The notes below the pieces were generated by a model. The model was not told the DNA's origin and did no database searches. It saw nothing but the letters and a program-made list of their open reading frames with translations. The position numbers and the translations under genes are program-made. DNA of 55,572 nt, filler included, from Asterionella formosa (Eukaryota): the NCBI GenBank assembly GCA_002256025.1. It is 5 parts of 5 records of this genome, joined end to end, with 100 filler letters (N's around TTAATTAATTAA, not from the genome) between each part and the next. Parts side by side here need not be neighbours in the genome. Positions count along the whole stretch, not along the records: positions 22,279 to 33,311 come from NKIB01008880.1; positions 33,412 to 44,446 come from NKIB01008887.1; 3 more parts are not named here. One strand, given 5' to 3'. Positions 22,528 to 34,764 of this stretch are shown piece by piece (position 1 is the first letter of the stretch; each line of letters begins with the position of its first letter).

Positions 22528-23660
22528 CTAAGTTTGTTGTGCATTGGCACCTGCTGTTGAGGTTGGATTTTGCTGCATTGAAATCATGTTCGAAGCAATA
22601 ATTGAATTCATCATTGCCTGAATGGGATCAGCACTGTCAGTGGAAGTGGTTGTTTGAGATACCCCAGCACGATTTAACAATGTTGCCATGATTGACATCA
22701 TCATTATGTTCTGTTGCTGCAGCCAGTTGTTGTTGCTGCTGCAGGTTATCAGTATCAGTTCAAGTAGCCTTGTGAAGCAACTGCGTCGAAAGAAGGGAAA
22801 GCACTTTCTCAACAGGCCCAGTATTGCTCGACAAAAAACTGCCTTATCTCTAAACCAAGGGGACACCATAGGTCGAAGAAATCTTGAACCAGGGAAATTA
22901 GCATAAGTGGCAGATGTTGCTCTACCATTGTCTTCACTCTCCCCAGAAATCGCTACAAAATCATCATCAACATTGGCTCATCAATATTGGGCTCATCGTG
23001 CTCCCTCTCTATTCCAAGATCAGTGGATTCAATCTCAGCACTTGCATCTGCTTGTTGCTCGATTCTTCGAAAAATTTGTTTGGCATATCTCACCTCAGCA
23101 GGGCATGTTGGGTCCTCAGTTGGTTTCTTAACTTTGTGCAGTTGTGAAAACTTTCGGCGAGGTCCTGTCCATTCTTTGTCTGGAAAATTCTCGTTGTTGC
23201 GCTGTGAAGCAACAACTTCCCATTCATGGGACCCAATTGGCAGGTGAGTAGAAATAGCGTCCAGCAATGAGAGAATCTCATTGATCCTGAACTGTTGACC
23301 CCAACTCTGCATGCTTTGGGGAGCCCTTGGAAATGTTGGTGGTCGCCTGGCAGTTGCCGTTCTTGCAACTGAACTAGTAGTAGCACGTGAAAAATCGTTG
23401 TTGTTCCTTGATGGGGACTAAGTAACCCCAGAAACACCAATCTGAGAAACACCTGGGACACCCATCCTACTGTCCTCATCGTCGCTGGCAAACTCATCTG
23501 CACCAGTGTAATCTTCATTCTCGTCGTTGTCCTCCTCCTCTTCTTCTGGTTGAGTCTGGCTGTTGTTGTTCTTGTTGGTGATGGCGACGTTCAAGCAGCC
23601 TTGGAGAGGAAGGGAAGCCCTCCCTGGCTGCTCTCCTTTGACCAGAAGAAGATGAAGACA
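22528..23660 (-). pseudogene. Frameshifted Myb/SANT-like (DUF6818-like) ORF, probably ORF2 of the Harbinger element
   Basis: EILSLLDAISTHLPIGSHEWEVVA...RRKFSQLHKVKKPTEDPTCPAEVRYAK, with an acidic N-terminal part and a Q/M-rich tail (QQQNIMMMSIMA). Converges on the transposase tail. Confidence 0.6.
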
Positions 23661-24499
23661 TGGTCGAAATCTAAAAGCGATGATGATCGATGTATTGAGG
23701 AGGTTGATTGATATGTAACGATATGTATATGTATATGCATACCTATTTTGGCAAGAGCAAGCCATTTTGAGTATGAGCAAGCAAGTTTTGAAATATTCCG
23801 GGAAATTCTATATAGTCATTCATGCCTAAACATATTTTTATATAATGCACTATTATTTATAACTGTAAAAAATGTGTGCTATCATGGGTACAATGATTTG
23901 TGTTATAATACACATGATATAATAATTTTTTATTATCAGAGCGCGCCCACTGCTACCAGCAGTAAGCAGACCCAACAAGGAATGCAATAAAATTATAGAG
24001 CACACATTAGTAGAAGTTAACACTTGGTAACTGTATTTCTCTGTGTCGGGCGGCATATGCTTTCGTCATGATATGTTCAGCACCTGTTTATATTTTGCTT
24101 ACTAGATTACAATGGATTCTTACTAGAATAGGGTGCTACTGGCAGAGAAGTAGTGGAACTATTGGTAAACAATAAACTTATTTATACTGTGCATTCATTA
24201 TTTTAGTCAAATCTACCAGTAGATAAGTATACTACCAGGTAATAGGTACACCATGGTCTGCATGTGGTTGTCGTCTGGTTGTCTAGGAGTAAACCGGTAT
24301 GTACCGGTTCACAATTGTAGATTCTACTAGCTGCACTCATGTATCATAGGTGTTCTTAGACTACATGAATACCATTGTCCATGCATGCACTGTATGTAGC
24401 CCTTCGACCTGCTCAAGCTAGAGTGATTGGCACTATATAGTATAATCATGATGAGAATAGACGCCCGAAACCATGACAAAAATTGGAAATAAATAGTGT

Positions 24500-25384
24500 T
24501 CAGAAGAGATAATCCGCTATGAGATTCCGCTCTGTTCCGTCATCACCGCGGACAATAAGTTGCCCATCATCTTGAACACCAACTGGCATAACTTGCTCGC
24601 CTGTCTCTCGTATTTGGAATGCTGCCTTCCAATTCGCCCACGCCTTCCAATTATCTAGCGTTTTTTTTGACGTAGTTTTCGGGTTAGTCAACCAGTCCTC
24701 AAATGAATTCGCCAAATCTTGAGCAAAAACGACGTGCGAGTTCTCTGGTAGTACAATTCCACCCATGTGTTCTTGAACACTTGTTGCCAGGCGGCCTCGG
24801 TCCTTTCCTTCTTGAGGCACCGCAGGTGCTCTTCGTAAATTAACTCCTATCCCGACCAAAAACCATATAGTCCCATCGACAAGTTGTGATTCAATAAGGA
24901 CTCCTGCCACTTTCTTATCCTCCAACAAGACATCATTTGGCCACTTGACATGAACTTGCTTGGATGGCGGTAGCAACTTACTAACGCGTTCAGCCACCAT
25001 ACTACCAATTTGGAGAGGAAGTAACGTGACGGTTACTGGAACACGGTCCATAGCAACACCAATCGTCAAAAATAGGTTGCCCTCGAGACCCATCCAAACT
25101 CGCCCCGAGGTCCCTCTGCCCTTGGTCTGTTCGTCCGTGATGATGGCCAGCAAAGCTTTGGACAACTGGGGTATCCTTCTTTTGGCTTCGTCTTGAGTGG
25201 AATCTGCCGACAGTAAATGATGAAAATCGATATTGGACGACATCATCCGTTGCATTGATGCGCTGGACGATGCTGCGACAGTTCTGTTGGAGGGAGTAAA
25301 GGCAGCCGCTGCGAGTATTATTCGTGGTGTGCTTGTGGAAGCCGACCAAAGAGCTATTGTCGCAGCTCGTCGAAACATGCGCAT
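24500..25384 (-). CDS. birA: Biotin--[acetyl-CoA carboxylase] ligase (BirA/BPL family), organelle-targeted
   Basis: Motifs DSTQ, QTKGRGTSGRVW, KWPND, KKVAGVL, GIGVNL and a C-terminal GVQDDGQL domain. The N-terminal extension contains AAAF-TPS (ASAFAP-like). Confidence 0.93.
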   Translation of the reverse strand: MRMFRRAATIALWSASTSTPRIILAAAAFTPSNRTVAASSSASMQRMMSSNIDFHHLLSADSTQDEAKRRIPQLSKALLAIITDEQTKGRGTSGRVWMGLEGNLFLTIGVAMDRVPVTVTLLPLQIGSMVAERVSKLLPPSKQVHVKWPNDVLLEDKKVAGVLIESQLVDGTIWFLVGIGVNLRRAPAVPQEGKDRGRLATSVQEHMGGIVLPENSHVVFAQDLANSFEDWLTNPKTTSKKTLDNWKAWANWKAAFQIRETGEQVMPVGVQDDGQLIVRGDDGTERNLIADYLF

Positions 25385-26713
25385 AGCTAATTATTGTTTC
25401 AGTCGGAAGAACGCTTTGAGCATTGTTGTGCTGTAAGCATAAGATTGCAATGTCGCTACCTGGTACCAGGTACCTGGTAGCACTGCCAGAATACTACCGG
25501 TATGAATTTTACCAACAGTTGATGGCCAGAACATTACAAATCATCGTTTTTGTCCTTCGGCCTTACAAATACCGGTATCATATGATTTGATGTCGCAACC
25601 TGATGATTTGAAAACATCGTCGCCCTTCAAGCAGTGGAGTCATACTATGTACTCTCCTGCTAGCAGCTACTACGTATACCCTCATAACGGTGTGTCTGAA
25701 GAAATCACAACGTATGTACGGTAAACCAGATAATTTCAGGTAGACTACCGGTACCTGGTACCTGGTACTCCATGTAATGATACTCCGAGTGTACCATGTA
25801 CGGGTACTCCAGTCCAAGAATGTGCAGTAAATGAGGAACTTCTTGTGTAGCAACTCCCACAGGTGCCTGGTACAGGTACCACGTATACCAGGGTACTGGT
25901 ACCTGGTACCACGAAACATACCTTGGCTGTGGTACTGTAAAAGTATGCAAAATTCTACGCATTTCCCTCGGGGGACCTTTTCTTCGAAAGCTGCTTTGTA
26001 CAAACCAGTATACCGGTACCTGATACCTAGTACGGTACCTGGTAGTGTGAAATAACACGGAGTACGGGTCAATAAGAACCGGTTGTACTGGTGGGAGGAT
26101 CAAAGAATACATGGACATTTTGACACCGGCAGTCAAATCATGGTGTTTTTACGCCCCCCAGCAAGTACGTGCGTATGAATTCAGTACTGTACATGGTACA
26201 AGGTAACTGGCAGACCAGGAGTACGGTACCCTGGTACCAGGTACGGTCCTGGCCATCCTGCTTTTGAATCGAAGTGTTCATGACAATCACGGCAGCACTC
26301 CTCGTCTCGTCAGTCGTTGATTCGATGTGGAGTAATTAATAAGGGCACTAACAGGTACCAGTACAAAAATTACGTAGATGTGATGCGAACCCAGGTGTTC
26401 CTAGAAGATTCTCAAGTGTTGACACCACATTCTTCCTTGCAGTGCGCTGTAGTACAGCCATATCAATTAGCAGTAGTCTACTGTACCAAGTACCAGTATG
26501 TGTAGAACGAGAGACATGAACATTGCCTTCAGCAAATGCATATAACCAGGTACCCCGGTACCGTATACTACTCGAGTACCAGGTACCGGTATTTGTTCAA
26601 GACAAAATATCTGTGCATCACTCGACACCTGCGTAATTCTCACAACTTTCCGTATCCCGTATTGTAACAAACACATCACATTGAAAGCCCCATCAATTGT
26701 CAATTGTATAACC

Positions 26714-27134
26714 ATGCTGGCTAAAACTCTTGCCTCACGCCTCGTCGTCCGTCGCTCCCCTCTTGTCGCCATAAGTGGACGCTACTTGAGTTCAATTGGA
26801 GATCAATTGTCGAGCAAGGTAAGTGTTTTTGCTAGGAGCAGGATGTGATTTGCACTTTGTTCGTGTGGAGACCAGAATCATACTCACTCCCGTAAACCAA
26901 CAGGAAAAGGTCGAAGAAGACAAATTCGTTCGCGCCCAGACTCAACAACAGATTGAGAAGCTGCGTGCAGAGAAAGAAAAATCAGCAGCAGATGCCCAGG
27001 CTGCCCTCGATACCAAGCTCTTTGCCGAACAAGTTCTCCCTTCGATCAAAGAAGTCAAGGCGCTGTTGAAGTCTTCCGAACAGCTGTCGGAGGAAACGGT
27101 GGAGAAAATTGTCCGGTGGAAATTTGGCATGTAA
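26714..27134 (+). CDS. Mitochondrial ATPase inhibitor (IF1)-like protein, 111 aa, 2 exons (26714-26818, 26904-27134)
   Basis: GTAAGT...CAACAG intron of 85 nt keeps the frame. Arg-rich presequence MLAKTLASRLVVRR. KEKVEEDKFVRAQTQQQIEKLR resembles the IF1 core. Confidence 0.7.
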
Positions 27135-27324
27135 AAAGTAGATGTGATCTGCTCATGGAATCGTGGTTATTGAAGGAGTTTGCAGCACACATGACTTGAT
27201 GTCACCTTTCAAAATCAGTCCCCAACCATCACTGCAACATGACCACGAATTTTAAGTGAAACGTCCTTATAAATTTTATTTAGATTGAAAAACTCAGAAT
27301 CGCAATCTCAGCGTAAACTCGCCT

Positions 27325-28672
27325 TTACTTCAAATCATACACCCCGATAAACTTGTTGCGAAGGGAGCCCAGATACAATTTGCTACCATTGACGGTTACG
27401 CCAGTCAATAAACTTATATCCTTTCCTTCGGGGTCTTGAAGTAGTCTCGTAATCCCGCCCGGTTTGGTCTCGTCACCAGGAAAGTACTCGTACACAGCGC
27501 CGTAAGCCACAATTTGCGGCGAGAGTGATCTAGGAAGAAGTAGCAAGAGTACCCGAAAGAAACGATCAAAAGGACTAGGAATTGCATAGATCAATTTCAT
27601 CACTGGTAAAGCTGCGGACGGAACGGGAACATAGCAAAGGCCTGTCTCGTGGCTGCAATCGTGGCCGTCTGGGTAACCAGTTAGTTTGTCAACAGCTACA
27701 AATGTAGAACCATTTGTCAAAGAGTACTTGAGCACACGACTTTGGAAGGTTTCAGAAACAACAATGTACGTCTCATCCTTGTCGACACCGATTCCATTAG
27801 CAAACCAGAGGTCATCCATGAGCACTTTAACCTCATCAGTGGCTGGATCATACTCCAAAACTCGCCCAGTTCGCCGCCCTCGAATAAGATCGACCTTGGA
27901 CGTGTAAAGAGAATCCCAGGTCCTTGTCCCAATCCGATCTGGAGCCAATTCTGTTGCGTCACTAAAGTAAACCTTCCCTGTCTTCGGTCCTACTTTCAGG
28001 TCATTGCAGTAGTGAATTTGGGACCATTGTCCATCCACTTTCACTCTCGAGGCTACCAATTCCACCTTGGCTCGTGGATCTTGTGGATTCTTGACTCGAA
28101 TCAGACCCAAAAGGGTGTCTGCAATGTACAAGGTTCCGTCCGGAGTAAACGCTCCACCCAACGGACGGCCCATCCCTAGATTTATGATTTCGGTTACCGT
28201 AGCCATGACGGTCACTCCGTCTGCCTGTGTTTCTAGGTTGGTTAGTTGGACGAGCTTGGCTTCTTCAGTCAACACAAAAATCTCTCCTTGATTGCCCACG
28301 ACAACAGTTTCGGGACCAATCATGAGTGGCTTCCTGCCTTCTTCGCGCCGTTCAAATATCTTTTGGAGTTTCCCGTCTGTAGAATCACAAATATAAAATG
28401 ATGCCTGTGAGAGACAGGAATACCAGAATCGAAGGAGGGGAACAGCAGTAATAGACACGAATATACTCACGCTTCAAGCGAAGAGAGTCGTTGTCAAAAT
28501 CTATGGAGGAATAGACAGGACGCTCATTCATTGGAACATCCACAGGCGGCCCATGGGGCAACACCCATTTGCGGATCAATCTCGACAAATTAAATCCAAG
28601 CACTGATGCGAGAATGATATATTTGAATGTCGACCGCGGCCAATTTTTTGTGGCAGTGTATGAAGAGGACAT
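27325..28672 (-). CDS. Strictosidine synthase-like/APMAP (SMP-30/gluconolactonase beta-propeller) protein, paralogue 1; intron 28377-28470
   Basis: Motifs GPE, GRPLG, YFSDA, GRVLEYDP, LWFANG, LTGYPDG and LYLGSL. GTGAGT...ACAG intron joins an N-terminal TM exon in frame. Confidence 0.9.
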
Positions 28673-30284
28673 GATATTCCTTGTACCAGATAGGACAGTA
28701 GGCTGATGTGAATGTAAAGGGTAACAGAACAATTGAGTAGTGACAACGATAACAGCATTAAGCGTTTGAGTATTCCTCTGCCATTGGGGAATCAGCCATG
28801 CATTTTATTAATGAGAGTGCGTATATTCCAACATTGACAGGAATGTATAGCCTGGTTCATAACAAGATTGCTGGGTTTGTTGTGATTGAAGGAATGTACC
28901 GGTACCTCAGAGTTGAACAACATACCGGTATGTCGACATGGTTCCACGTCGCTCCATCTATGAGTGGAATGAGTATAAAATCACGCTCGTGTCATTTGTG
29001 AAGGAAATGACCTGACAACATTACCGGTACCTGGTAGTTTGAGTTACCAGGACCTGGTACCGTAGTTCGCGCAGGCTGCTTTATTTAAAATTAGATTATC
29101 ATATAATTTACCAATGGGAGGGCTATATTATTTATGCTACACAAGAAAGGTGTGCAAATAATCATACCAAACCCCAGTTATTTCGGTCCCAAAGCAAAAC
29201 TGCGTCAAAAATAGGGGGAGATAATCTTTTGCTTTTGTCAAAATTTGGAATTTTGCTATATTGTTCATGAGACAGAATAGACTCGCAAATGTAAAATTAA
29301 GATGGTGGAAGCTAGTAATTACAGTTTTCTATCTGTGAAGATCTGCAATGATTGCTCATCACCCCAGGCCTGGTATACAGATCTTCAACTGCAATAAGTA
29401 CTCCATACTATCCCATCTTGATGCAAGCAAAGGTAATGACTGGCATTGATGAAAGAATCAATGGAATGTAATAAATGACTACTCTCCAGTTGCAATAGGA
29501 TGCAGCAGCTATTGATGACATCATCAAAGACCTTTTGGAGTTTGCAAGGCAGGAGATTCCTATGGTACTGACAAAGTTGAAGAAGAAGATGTTGGCTTTC
29601 GAAGGAAGGCTGTTGATCAAGCAACAACCCCTGCACTTCCTCAAATCTTCTTGGTCATGTCAAGAAATTTATCAACAAGAATGTTTCGAACAATCCAGTC
29701 TCTAACTCCGACTTCTTGGTGCTTGTAATAGCAGATCTGATACTCTCCTGTTCTTATGGTGCCACTCCCCAATGTATTATTTCGACAAGGAAAAGAGTGT
29801 AACTTCCTTCTGCTGGTCAAGGAATGGAATACTCAATGTATAATCAGATTTTAAATACAATTTCCAACAAGTCAAACAACCAACATAGTCAAATTTTTTC
29901 TTGATGTGTTGTGATGCCTGTGGGGAGATGCTGACTAGTGTAGGATCATCATCATGGCTCCAGCCAAGACAAAGATATTTCTGTGCAGTACATACTGATG
30001 CTGTGTGTTTTCTCATGTACTGAGTGCAGTATATAATATTTACAGTATGTAGTCATCAGTTGGAGGAGTTGGATTACGGATTTACACCTTCACACAGCCA
30101 ACTTATCAATGGAGTACATTAAAATGAGAATATCATTTAGTTGGCTGTGCATCAAAGAGCTATGTAACCAAATACTGCTTGTGTCATTTGAAGGCAATTG
30201 AAAATTAAAATACTGGTGTATCAATCATTTTCATAGTGCATTATGCCTAGTCTAGTTCCAGATTCAACGTCATTGTACTCTGTT

Positions 30285-30342
30285 TCTACTTGATATACCT
30301 AGACCCAAATAAACTTGTTGTGTAGGTAGCCCAGATACAATT
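30285..30342 (-). pseudogene. Short remnant of a third SSL 3' end
   Basis: aataaacttgttgtgtaggtagcccagatacaatt resembles the last codons (LYLG...NKFI) of both paralogues. Confidence 0.5.
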
Positions 30343-30381
30343 CTAGTTTGGTTCCCAATTCAATATCATTGTGCTCCATTT

Positions 30382-31712
30382 CTACTTCAAGTCATACACC
30401 CCAATAAACTTGTTGCGAAGGGAGCCAAGGTACAATTTGTTGTCATGAACAGTCACTCCAGTCAAAGTGTGTATATCAATTCCCTTTGGATCCTGGAGTA
30501 TTCTTGTAGTCTCTGCAGGTTTAGTCTCATCACCAGGGAAGTACTCATACACACCACCATATGGTACAATGTCTGGGGCAATAGATCTAGGAATGAGCAT
30601 CAATAGCACCCGCAGAAATTGGTCCAAAGGAGTTGGAAGTGCAAATATATAATTCATCAATCGCAATGCTGCCGAGGGAACAGGTACATAGCAAAGGCCT
30701 GTATTGTGGTTGCAATCATTGCCATCTGGATAACCAGTGAGCCTGCCAAGAACAACGGATTTTGAACTATCTGAGAAAGTATACTTGAGTACCTGACCTC
30801 GAAAGGACTCGGAAACTACTATAAAGCTTTCGTCCTTATCAACCCCGATTCCGTTAGCAAACCAGAGGTCATCCATAAGCACTTTGACCTCGTCCGTGGC
30901 TGGATCATACTCCAAAACACGCCCAGTTCGCCGCCCCCGCACAAAATCAACCTTTGACGTGTAAAATGTATCCCAGGTCCTTGTCCCAATCCGATCTGGA
31001 GCCAATTCTGTTGCGTCACTAAAGTAAACCTTCCCTGTCTTTGGTCCCACTGTCACATCGTCACAGTAGAGAAGTTGGGACCAATTTCCATCTACTTTCA
31101 CTCTCGAGGCTACCAATTCCACCTTGGCTCGTGGATCTAGTGGATTCTTGACTCGAATCAGACCCAAAAGGGTGTCTGCAATGTACAAGGTTCCGTCCGG
31201 AGTAAACGCTCCACCCAACGGACGGCCCATCCCTAGGTTCATAACTTCGACAGCCGTAGCCATGACGGTCACTCCGTCTGCCTGTGTTTCTAGGTTGGTT
31301 AGTTGGACGAGCTTGGCTTCTTCAGTCAACACAAAAATCTCTCCTTGATTGCCCACAACAACAGTTTCGGGACCAATCATGAGTGGCTTCCTGCCTTCTT
31401 CGCGCCGTTCAAATATCTTTTGGAGTTTCCCGTCTGTGAAATCATAAATAGGAGTTTGTGAGCGACACGCGCAGAATTGAGGGGAATGGCAGTAGTAGAC
31501 TCGAAAAACGCACGTTTCAAACAAAGAGAGTCGTTATCAAAATCGATGGAGGAATGGATAGGACGCTCATTCATTGGAACATTCACAGGGGGCCCATTGG
31601 GTAAGAGGACAGAGATAATGGTTTGAGACAACCCCCACAGATGATACCCAACCAATAGAAGGGTGATGTGTCTGAAAGGGGACAGCGTTCTCCCCGAGTT
31701 GGAGGTGGACAT
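30382..31712 (-). CDS. Strictosidine synthase-like/APMAP protein, paralogue 2; intron 31434-31513
   Basis: Same motifs and same intron position (GTGCGT...ACAG) as paralogue 1. Confidence 0.9.
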
Positions 31713-32306
31713 GGCTGTATGATGATGTTCTACTTGAGCGATTGAGGTGCGGGAACAAGGAGTGTTTATTATCCTTAAATTACGCAAATAGCTTCAGTGC
31801 TGAGTGTTCGAAACTAAATCGTGTTGCCGTTTCTTGGAAGCAAAAAAGGAATGCAACAAAAAGCAATGCGTATTATATCGGTAATATATATTATGTGTAA
31901 CATAACTACATCCGGCATATCTCTAAGATAGAAAGATACGAATTATTGCTACATAGAACGGAGTACATAAACAGAATTAAATAATCCCATCATCATGATG
32001 TCATGATAAGATAAAAAGTTTAACAATTACCGGCACTTCTCTGTTGTTTCATTGCTTTATTGAAGTGTACAGTGGTGATGCTACAATTAGTAAGAGATGC
32101 TGCTCCAGCTACGGTACCAAGTAGTGGGTTCACATGAAAGCCGTGCGATACAGCATACAGTACTTTACAAACATCTTGTTTTCCTATCACCCTCTTAGAA
32201 CACTTTGGATATGGCGAATCCGTGTCGGCTGAATTAATCAAAATCACCACTTTGCTGTTCGACTTTGTCGCTGAGCCCACAATGAGGAAACATCCTACCT
32301 ATCTCC

Positions 32307-33311
32307 TCATACGCACGCGCAGCAAGGACAAATTACTTCGTGACAGTCAATCAGAAGCACCTCCAGAACTCCATTCGTGAGTGCGCAAATCTCAGGTGCC
32401 ATTTCGCCAGTCAGTTGATTCGTTTCAAAAAACAGCCCAGCTGTGTTGGTACAATATATTTTGGTTAGCAAAGAAATGGATTCGACGAAGCAAACTTTTC
32501 CAAATTTTGCACTTACACGCGAACTCCAAGTGGGACAATGACCTAGGAAACGTTCCAGAAATTGCATTGTTCGAGACACTAAGTTGTATCACGTTTGCCA
32601 ACAAACCGAGTTCAGAAGGCAAGCTGCCCACAAATCTGTTGCTGCCAAAGAGCAAGTTTGTAAGGGAAGTAAGGGCTCCAATCTGAGTTGGAATGGTACC
32701 GCTGAAGTTATTGTAATCCGCCTGGAAATCTTGAAGCTTGCTCAAATTTGCTATCGAGGATGGAATCTTTCCGGTTAACTTGAGCGAACCCAGGTAGAGA
32801 ACGACTAAGTCTGACAAGCTCCAGAGCCAATCAGGAACTTCTTGATGAGCCAACTTGTTCTCCCCAAGCGTCAAATCCGACAATTTAGAGAGTCTAGCTA
32901 GTTCACTAGGAATCCAACCAGTAAACTTATTGCCACTGATAATCATTGCGGTCAAAGTATTTTCCAACATGCCAAATGTGACAGGGATTGTCCCAGTCAT
33001 GAAGTTCTTATTCACGTTTAATTTTTCCAATTTTGATTTTCCAATATCGGCTGAGATACTTCCAGTCAACTTGTTGAATTCCAAGCTCAACACGGTCAGT
33101 TTTGGATGGTTCCAAAGATCGCTAGGTATCGTACCATTCAGCTTGCAATTCTGTAAATGTAATTCAGTCAGAAAAGGTAGATTCGACAGTTCGGATGGTA
33201 TGCTTCCACCAAAGTCATCATCATCTTTGCACTCCAGACTTATCACTTGAAGTGTGTGCAACAAAGCAAGCTCGGAGGGAATAGTTCCCTTAAGCCCATT
33301 TCTTGACTGCT
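32307..33311 (-). CDS. Leucine-rich-repeat (plant-type LRR) protein, 5'-partial; intron 32441-32516
   Basis: About 11 repeats of LxxLxLxxNxLxGxIPxxL. GTAAGT...CACAG intron leads to a typical diatom LRR end, PEICAL...IDCHEVICPCCAC. Confidence 0.88.
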
Positions 33312-33411
33312 NNNNNNNNNNNNNNNNNNNNNNNNNNNNNNNNNNNNNNNNNNNNTTAATTAATTAANNNNNNNNNNNNNNNNNNNNNNNNNNNNNNNNN
33401 NNNNNNNNNNN
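33312..33411. other. Artificial contig linker
   Basis: N, TTAATTAATTAA, N; 100 nt. Confidence 0.98.
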
Positions 33412-34061
33412 AACGCCATCGTGAAAGGAACTATTAATAAGCAGAGCATCGTCATCTTTATTATTTTGTCTCTGATATGGTCAGAATCAAGCAAAGAACA
33501 AAACAACAATTATGTTTCATGCGTTTTTTATTTTATGTATTTGTCTTTTTATTAAAATTATTGGGTGCTGAACACTGAGATACCACTATTTGTTTGTATG
33601 TCGTACGAATAGGAGTACCTCCCCATTGCTCTTGTTTTACACATCAATTTACCGGTATTACCGGTATTTATTTTGATGATGTACCGGTATACGGTATATG
33701 TAGACCCAACTCGCATCAAACCACCACGAAAGCAACAGGATTTTCATGTCAGCTTGTCATGTAGGATATTCTGAGTACCGGTAAGAGTGAACACGGAGTG
33801 CCTAGACTTGGCGAACGCTAAGGAGCTTTTCGAAGGACAACCTTGTGGTTGCTTGGTGGTTGTCCCAACATCACAAAGAGGAAGGTCCGGTAAAACACGT
33901 TTTTACTTCGGAAAAGACTAAGCTAAATAGCTCGATACCGGACCTTCCTTAGGTCCCCTACTGGTAGTCCCCAAATGTAGATCACCGTAGGTACCTGGCA
34001 CCTGGTACCGTAACTACCGTACCTGGTACCAGGGTATACATAGCAGGACCTGGTCTAGGTT

Positions 34062-34446
34062 TGTTGAAAGGTCTCGTACTCCTTCCCGTCTGACGGGTTC
34101 CTCTTACGTAGAACTTACCTGCTATACCACTACCGGTAGAATTGTTATCTTCTTTCTGCTGCTAGCCTTCGTGCTAGTTTTCGCTATTGACCTTACTCTG
34201 TCAATTCTCACTGTTTCTTAATTATAAGATTAAACTAAAACTAAGTTTCAATCCCATTCATCACACTTCGAGAACCTGTTCTTCGTGTTCCCTTTTCGTT
34301 GATGTAAACCTTCTTCTGATTGATCTAAGACATCAATCTCGTTAGCAAGCTTCTTGACATGGGAACGCACCATTTGACTCATTGGACTATAGTCGAGTCC
34401 ACAGTCCTTGTGACTCATTATAGCCAGTGATGCTATATTCTTGACA
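34062..34446 (-). mobile_element. Putative solo LTR (385 bp) with a 6-bp TSD
   Basis: TGTTGA...TTGACA termini, flanked by TAGGTT at 34056-34061 and 34447-34452. The minus strand begins TGTCAAGA, like the LTR at 4450. Confidence 0.7.
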
Positions 34447-34764
34447 TAGGTTGTGACTGTCAGTCACCATGTACCCTGGACCAGGTACCGGTACCTGGTA
34501 CCAGGTTCTCTACCTGGTACCTGGTATCCAGGTTAGCTACCTGGTACCTGGTTCTGTTGACAATTGGCTTCCGCTCACTGCCAGCTTGTTCGATCGTGCT
34601 CCCATATCATGGCAAATCACCTACCGGTAACGGTACATACCGGTACCTGGTACGCAACTTCGGACTTGTGCAAACAAGAAACACAAACGCAATTGAACCT
34701 AAGTTACCCCATCGGCAAAAAGGGATCAGTCTCCTTGAACTATCAAAAGTTTCAATCTTGGTCA

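Noticed and set aside
24500..25384. BirA as bacterial contamination or recent horizontal transfer
   Set aside because: It has a eukaryotic targeting extension, lacks the HTH domain and shares a contig with intron-containing genes.
25578..26136. ORFs rich in YQVPGT/TWYLV
   Set aside because: These are translations of the GGTACC/CCWGG motif, not proteins.
29385..30016. Coding-like stretch between the SSL paralogues
   Set aside because: Multiple stops and no identifiable family.
33412..33455. Minus-strand MTMLCLLIVPFTMA as the signal peptide of the LRR gene across the gap
   Set aside because: The contigs appear to be joined by size, not by position, so continuity is unsupported.
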